A stretch of 63,843 nucleotides of DNA, the filler included, from Thraustochytrium aureum (taxonomy: Eukaryota): the NCBI GenBank assembly GCA_012862495.1. It is 5 parts of 4 records of this genome, joined end to end, with 100 filler letters (N's around TTAATTAATTAA, not from the genome) between each part and the next. Parts side by side here need not be neighbours in the genome. Positions count along the whole stretch, not along the records: positions 31,853 to 60,774 come from BLSG01000330.1; positions 60,875 to 62,653 come from BLSG01000337.1; positions 62,754 to 63,843 come from BLSG01000347.1; 2 more parts are not named here. One strand, written 5' to 3'. Of the stretch, positions 58,501 to 63,843 are shown piece after piece. The notes under the pieces are model-generated. The model saw only the letters and a list, made by a program, of their open reading frames with translations. It was not told the origin of the DNA and did no database searches. The stretch's first letter is position 1; each line of letters begins with the position of its first letter. The position numbers and the translations under genes are program-made.

Positions 58501-60774
58501 GCTCCGTTTGTGGATCGACTCCAACGTCCAGCTCTGGGGCGTCGCTCTGAAGAGCGATCACGCTTGCCATGTCGAGAGTGTTGAAATGTGAAACGTTCAC
58601 TGCCTCGGAGAGCGACAGCGTCAGCGTGCGAGTGTCGAGGTCGACCGAAAAGCCGGTAACTATTGGAAGTACCAAATCAGGCTCCAAATTGGCAATTGTG
58701 ACGGATGTCTGGTCTGCGTTGGCGTTGCCGCCAGCATCAGTAAACGCGCCCACACCAAGCTCGATGTGCAAGCTGGAACCCCCTTTTGCAGCTGCTGCGG
58801 CGAAAACCCGGTGCTCCTCCAGGAGCCGAATGTAGACCAAGATGTCGTACTCGTAGCCGTTATTAAGGCTGGATTCGACGGTTGCTGTTCCGAACGGAAC
58901 GGCGGTCACGGCGCCCTCGGGGCTGGTCGCCAGAAGCGTGAACTTTGTCGAGTCTACAGAGTCTATTTCGACCGACTCTGCAACAAGCAGCGTGAGAAGG
59001 CCGTCTCCGAGAGTTAGATTGACAACCTCGAGGGCGACTGGGGCGATGTCGTCGGCAACTAGGACGCTCACGGCGAGGTTCAACTCGGCGGCATTTTCGT
59101 TCCCGGAAAGGTCTCGAAAGGCCCCCGCGGCAAAGTCCACCCCGCCGACGAATGGTTCCAGGAGATCGGCCGCCACTTGCTGCGCTTCTGAGAGCGAAAG
59201 AGTAAGAATGGTAGCCGGAGCTGTCTGTGCTGGGCCTGACAGCTGGACCAATCCTCCAGATTGGCTACGAAATGCGACCCGGGACCAGTCCATGGCCTGC
59301 ACCGTTTCGGAAAACTCCACAGTGAGCTGGTCGGTGGCGTGGTTGAGCTCGATGCGAGTCACAACTGGCTTGATCTCATCGCCAAAAACGTTGCTCAGGG
59401 GAAAGACCCCCGAAGGTATCGAATTATGCGCGGCGTCAAGCAAAGCGTCGGAGGACAAGGCAATCTGCAGCGTTTCGTTCGCGAGAAAGGCCAAAATGAT
59501 TGCGTCCCGAGCGCTGTTGGACAAGAGCTCCAAACGAACTGTCCCGTCCATTGCAGGTGTCACCTCGGAACCTGCCCACGTCTGGTCTGCAATAGAGAGG
59601 CCACTGGAGTCACTCGTAGCAATGTACTCTGTTGTCTGCAAATAGAGGAAATTGTCCCCCAATGAAAGGTTGGCAGATATCAGGGATGGGGCCGTCGTGT
59701 CTGCGATGACCGAAACCGTGTGATTCGTCTTGGCCAAAGCGAAATTCCCGGCTGTGTCAAACAACGATTCCGCAGCGAAGTGACAAATGATGTCCTCGAC
59801 CGCGTTAGAAGACGCATTGATGAGCCAGCTGCGCTGCTCCTCGAAGAGCGTAATAGTGACGGTGTCCGCCTGCTCGATTGGTTGTGCTGGTGGGTTCCCA
59901 GACAAGGGGCCAGCAAGGTCCAAGCCGAGACGAAGCACCTGCGAGGTCCCCGTTTGGATGGCGATGAGATCCAGATTTGTCGACCCTGCTTCAACTGTCT
60001 CGCTCACACCGATCACTATTTGGCCAGTACCCAAGTCCAGCTGGATTGCAAGAATTTCTGGAAGGACATCATCAGGGGAGACGGAAGCCGAGAGATTTGC
60101 GACAGCGACCTGGTCATTCCCTGCCCTATCGCGCACCATGCCATGGGCGAAGGAGAGCCGCAAACTTGCACCTTGGGAGTCCTCCCTTGCAAGGCTCGCC
60201 CGAAGGGCCTCGTCGAGTCCAAACTTCAAAACATCACTTGCGCTAACGTCGCGAACTGCCCCAACGCTCTGAACACCTTGGAGGCTCAAGCCCATGTCAA
60301 TGGTCATGCCTGACACGTTCGCGGTAGAGGGAATGACGAACTCGTCCAGTGCTATGTCGACGTACCCGTTTGCCAGGTCGACTGTGATGCTTTGAATGTT
60401 CGGGGGCACAGTGTCGGGAATTACCGTGCTGATAGGAAGTTCATTTCCAGAGAACTCGTTGCCACCTGCGTCAGCGATTGAACCTGGAGTCAGCGTAATC
60501 GTCAATGCGCCAACATTGAGATATTCTGAAACAAGCGCGTCGCGCGTTGCGAGAACGCTGTCTTTAATCCTCGTTGTACCATTGTAGAACGATTCCGAAG
60601 ATGTGCTGCTGAGAGGCGTGCCTGAAACCGAAACCAGAGATGGCTGCAGGACATCGATGAACTCGCTAAAGTGCATCTCGAGCACATTGGCGCCAAGGTC
60701 GTAGCTCGCGCTCTCGAGCACCGGGGGCGTCGCGTCCGCGGCGATACTTGCGATCGCGAACGCGGTCTGCGCGA
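52592..60774 (-). CDS. Giant modular surface/extracellular protein (>2,700 aa, 5' truncated): Ig-like repeats, LCY repeats, SEA-like, Calx-beta, LamG/pentraxin-like, laminin IV-A-like; frameshift near 56050, gap 52730-53253
   Basis: Two long ORFs (55976-60721 and 52690-56145) join at a homopolymer run. The post-gap frame reads VTFDEFRYVLANVTALRIRGDLVVYSAAGSGQETTYLNDVALMYP* (stop at 52592-52594). Calx-beta motif: GTVPVHYATRDGSAVSPADY...GTVQFRDGETSKTIRIPL. Confidence 0.8.
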
Positions 60775-60874
60775 NNNNNNNNNNNNNNNNNNNNNNNNNN
60801 NNNNNNNNNNNNNNNNNNTTAATTAATTAANNNNNNNNNNNNNNNNNNNNNNNNNNNNNNNNNNNNNNNNNNNN
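60775..60874. other. Artificial scaffold linker N44-TTAATTAATTAA-N44
   Basis: 12-mer at 60819-60830 flanked by N runs. Confidence 0.95.
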
Positions 60875-62228
60875 GTCAATCGCCCCGTTTGCGGAGCGGC
60901 TCGGGTTTATTACAGAGCAGCTGGCGATGCACACCAACGACACGCTTGGTGGCCTGCTGAACGCCACGTTTGGGAATGCCACAGAGTTGATCATCAGTTT
61001 ATTCGCCTTGCTCAAGGGCCGCCCCGGCGTTTCGACGAACGAGACGCCTGAGCTCTACCGCCGCCTAGTCCAGATCTCGCTGCTTGGGTCGATACTGTCG
61101 AATTTGCTCCTGGTCTTTGGCAGCGCTCTCCTGATAGGCGGGTTGCGGCACCGCGAGCAGCTCTTCAACAAGATGGGCGCCAACGTGTCGGTTGCGCTCT
61201 TGCTGCTCGTCAGCGGGACGCTGCTCGGTCCAGCGGTTCTTGTTGGCTCGGGCAAGTCTACAGAGCACGACATGCTCTCCTTCTCGAGATTTGCCTCTGG
61301 TCTGCTCTTCGGTCTCTACGGCCTCTTCTTGGTCTTCCAGCTGCGGACGCACCGAGACTACTACGAGGACGACGCCCCCCCGGTTATTGGCGGCCCAGGC
61401 TCGCCCCGCTTTGAGATGCTGCGCAAGACGAGCGACCTCAACCCGGGTGCGGTAGTCGAATCCCAATCGCCAACATCCCAAGCGCCGGCCGCCATCTCAA
61501 TTGGAGGTGGCGATCCGAGCACCATGTCGCCGACTCGGAAAGCTCGCGGGCACAGCCTGATGCAACAGGATGCCGCGCAGCAGGAACATGACGCAGGGAA
61601 CAGCGTCTTCCTCGCCCGGGTGCAGCCAATCGAAAGCGCCGATTTGCCCGGCCGCGCGTTCGACGAGCCAGGCGCGAATGCCTTTCATTCGGACAGCGGG
61701 GAATTTACGCGCCACAGCGGCCTCGAAAGTGAAGACGACGACGAGGACGACGACGAGGACGAGTTGATCCTGGGGTTTCGCACCGCTATGGCCTGGCTCG
61801 GGGTGATCTCTGTCGCTATCGCTGTGTTGTCCGAGTTTCTCGTGGACGCCATCAAGGGCGCGGCCGTGGCTTGGAGCGTGCCTGAGGAGTTTATTGGCGC
61901 CATTTTGATCCCTGTGGTGGGCAACGCGGCCGAGCACGCCTCGGCTGTCGTCTTTGCCTACCGCAATAAGATGGACATATCAGTCGGCGTTGCGCTTGGC
62001 TCGGCAACGCAGATCGGCGTCTCTGTTCTCCCGGCCTGCGTCCTCCTTGGTTGGTCCATCGAGTGCCCGCTCGACCTCTTATTTGAGCCCTTTGAGGTGC
62101 TCGCGCTCTTCATCGCCGTGTTGGTCGTGGGCGCCGTCGTGCAGGACGGCAAGAGTCACTGGCTGTACGGCCTCGTCCTCTGCTGGGCCTACGCCATCGT
62201 CGCCGCTGGCTTCTGGTACCACAACTAA
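60875..62228 (+). CDS. CAX: Ca2+/H+ antiporter, CAX/VCX1 family; 5' truncated
   Basis: Alpha-repeat motifs GGLLNATFGNATE and PVVGNAAEH; SLLGSILSNLLLV; FQLRTH; acidic loop; KMDISVGVALGSATQI; DGKSHWL. Confidence 0.93.
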
Positions 62229-62653
62229 CCCCTGCTCACCAAAACCTTGTTTCACCTGCTCGACCGCACCACCACTTGGCCAGCTGCAGGAAAGCGTCCT
62301 CGTAGTGAAGAAACGCTCACGAGTCTCACCAGCTCGAACGGCGCCGCTTGCAGAGCATGCATGATGAGTAAATTTCAGCGCGCCACGAGCGCCTCTCGGC
62401 CGCGCCTTTGCCTGACCCGATTCCATTCTGAACGCCTGCCAGCCAGCCAGTCTCTCCCTGTGCTCTCGTGCACTTTCCATTTCGTTGTGTGAAGTTCCTC
62501 CTCTTCTTCTTTCTTGTCATCAATCAAGTTGTCTACAAGTCTTTGTATTCGGCGCCGACCAACTCTGGACTCTGGAGTGCTCCAAGAGGCAGGCAGTCCT
62601 GGACACCTATCGCGGCAGCCAAGCAACGAACGAGCAGCAGCAGCAGGCGGCGG

Positions 62654-62753
62654 NNNNNNNNNNNNNNNNNNNNNNNNNNNNNNNNNNNNNNNNNNNNTTA
62701 ATTAATTAANNNNNNNNNNNNNNNNNNNNNNNNNNNNNNNNNNNNNNNNNNNN
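62654..62753. other. Artificial scaffold linker N44-TTAATTAATTAA-N44
   Basis: 12-mer at 62698-62709 flanked by N runs. Confidence 0.95.
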
Positions 62754-63208
62754 ACCCGCGCAGCAGGATCGGCGCCGGGACCACGGTGGGTGAGCGATGC
62801 GTGGTTGGGTCTGGCGCCGTCGTCGAGGAGGGCGTGGAGATGGCCAGCGACTCGATGGTGATGCCCGGTTCGCGGGTGCTGAGCGGGTCCAAGATCAAGG
62901 CCCGAGAGGTCTGGGCGGGCAACCCGGCCGTCGTCGTGCGCACGATGGAGCCCGCCGAGCTCTCCGCTCTTGCAGAGAGCGCTCTCGACCTCCTGCAACA
63001 AGCCAAGGTGCACGCCGCCGAGAACGCCAAGGACCCGTTCACCGTCTGCCTCGAGAGGCAGGCTTTCAACGACCGCTACCTCTGGGCCGAGGACATCCTC
63101 GAGGACTCGAAGGGCGAGGTTCCCGTGTACACCAGCATCAACATGGAGCCGAACCCTGCGCCGCAGAACCGCGGCCTCTTGTTTGACCGCTCGCACGACA
63201 GGGGCTAG
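62754..63208 (+). CDS. C-terminal part of a gamma carbonic anhydrase-like hexapeptide-repeat protein (likely mitochondrial complex I CA subunit)
   Basis: Left-handed beta-helix hexapeptides IGAGTT VGERCV VGSGAV VEEGVE, then EVWAGNPA.VVR and a C-terminal helix. Confidence 0.7.
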
Positions 63209-63750
63209 GTTGTCAAGTGGACCGACCGCGTACATAGCGATGACAAAGCCGTTTCTTTGCACAAACCCACAGCGAAAGCCGAGCAGTCCATCGTCAATGC
63301 ATACTGTTGTTTTTTGTTGCTCTTGCGTCCAAAGCCGATCCATCGTCACGCTGGGGCAGACCGAAAAAGCACGACGGCGCAGAACGGACTGCTGAGCTGC
63401 AGCTCGCCTGTCCCAATGGGGGCGCGAGCTGATTCGCTGTTTGGTTGGAACGGCCGGCTCGTCGCTGAAGCAGTGTCGGCACAGGTGCAGCCCAGATTCG
63501 CGAGACTTGCTGATCTATCCCTGGCCTCAACGGGTCGAGTTTGTGGGTACAACGGCGAACGCTCGAAAGGGTAGTAGAATTGCAGCCTCGTTCCTAAAGG
63601 CAGCCTGAAGAGGGACTTTCCTGCGCGCAATAACGGTAGAAGGGACCGGTCCCGAAGCACAGGTGGAGCCGGGGCAAAGCGAAGGGCGGCCTTCCGACGT
63701 CGGCACGACAAACTTGCTGACGGGCACCCGCGGATCGATACGAATACAAA

Positions 63751-63821
63751 TAGCTCTCGCTCAACTCGATCTAGCTCGCGCTCAACTCGATCTCTAGAGC
63801 TCTCGCTCAACTCGATCTAGC
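63751..63821. repeat. About 21-bp tandem repeat TAGCTCTCGCTCAACTCGATC x3
   Basis: Three near-identical copies, one with a 4-bp insertion creating CTCTAGAG. Confidence 0.9.
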
Positions 63822-63843
63822 TTAAGGCTACTTGGTCTTCTTG

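Overview
Gene-dense, GC-rich, intron-poor eukaryotic nuclear DNA. Gene content and style suggest a heterotrophic stramenopile such as a thraustochytrid/labyrinthulomycete (inference). The window is not contiguous: four artificial 100-bp linkers (N44-TTAATTAATTAA-N44) join at least five scaffolds, there are many N gaps, and many genes carry single-base frameshifts that look like homopolymer under-calls. Recognisable genes: an RS-domain protein tail, SLT/SLC13 sulfate transporter with TrkA-C domains, UTP6, PP4R4-like HEAT protein, class III CoA-transferase, glomulin/ALF4-like protein, tepsin, GH59 galactocerebrosidase with a ricin-B lectin domain, GST, long coiled-coil protein, O-fucosyltransferase-like protein, TRIC channel, SAM protein, DDI1, NIPA Mg2+ transporter with a PDZ-like tail, histone H4, exostosin-like fragment, NOP16, a giant (>2,700 aa) repeat-rich surface protein, CAX antiporter and a gamma-CA-like fragment. 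No rRNA, tRNA, CRISPR array or transposase could be supported, and I cannot demonstrate a new multi-gene system. The best leads are the giant modular surface protein with an unrecognised LCY[KR]F repeat, a dense TGACG cluster upstream of the sulfate transporter, a 53-bp minisatellite read in three frames inside an ORF, a GTAGAGTA motif downstream of stop codons, and a small duplication carrying candidate 33/38-nt mini-introns. All family assignments come from motif recognition, not database searches.
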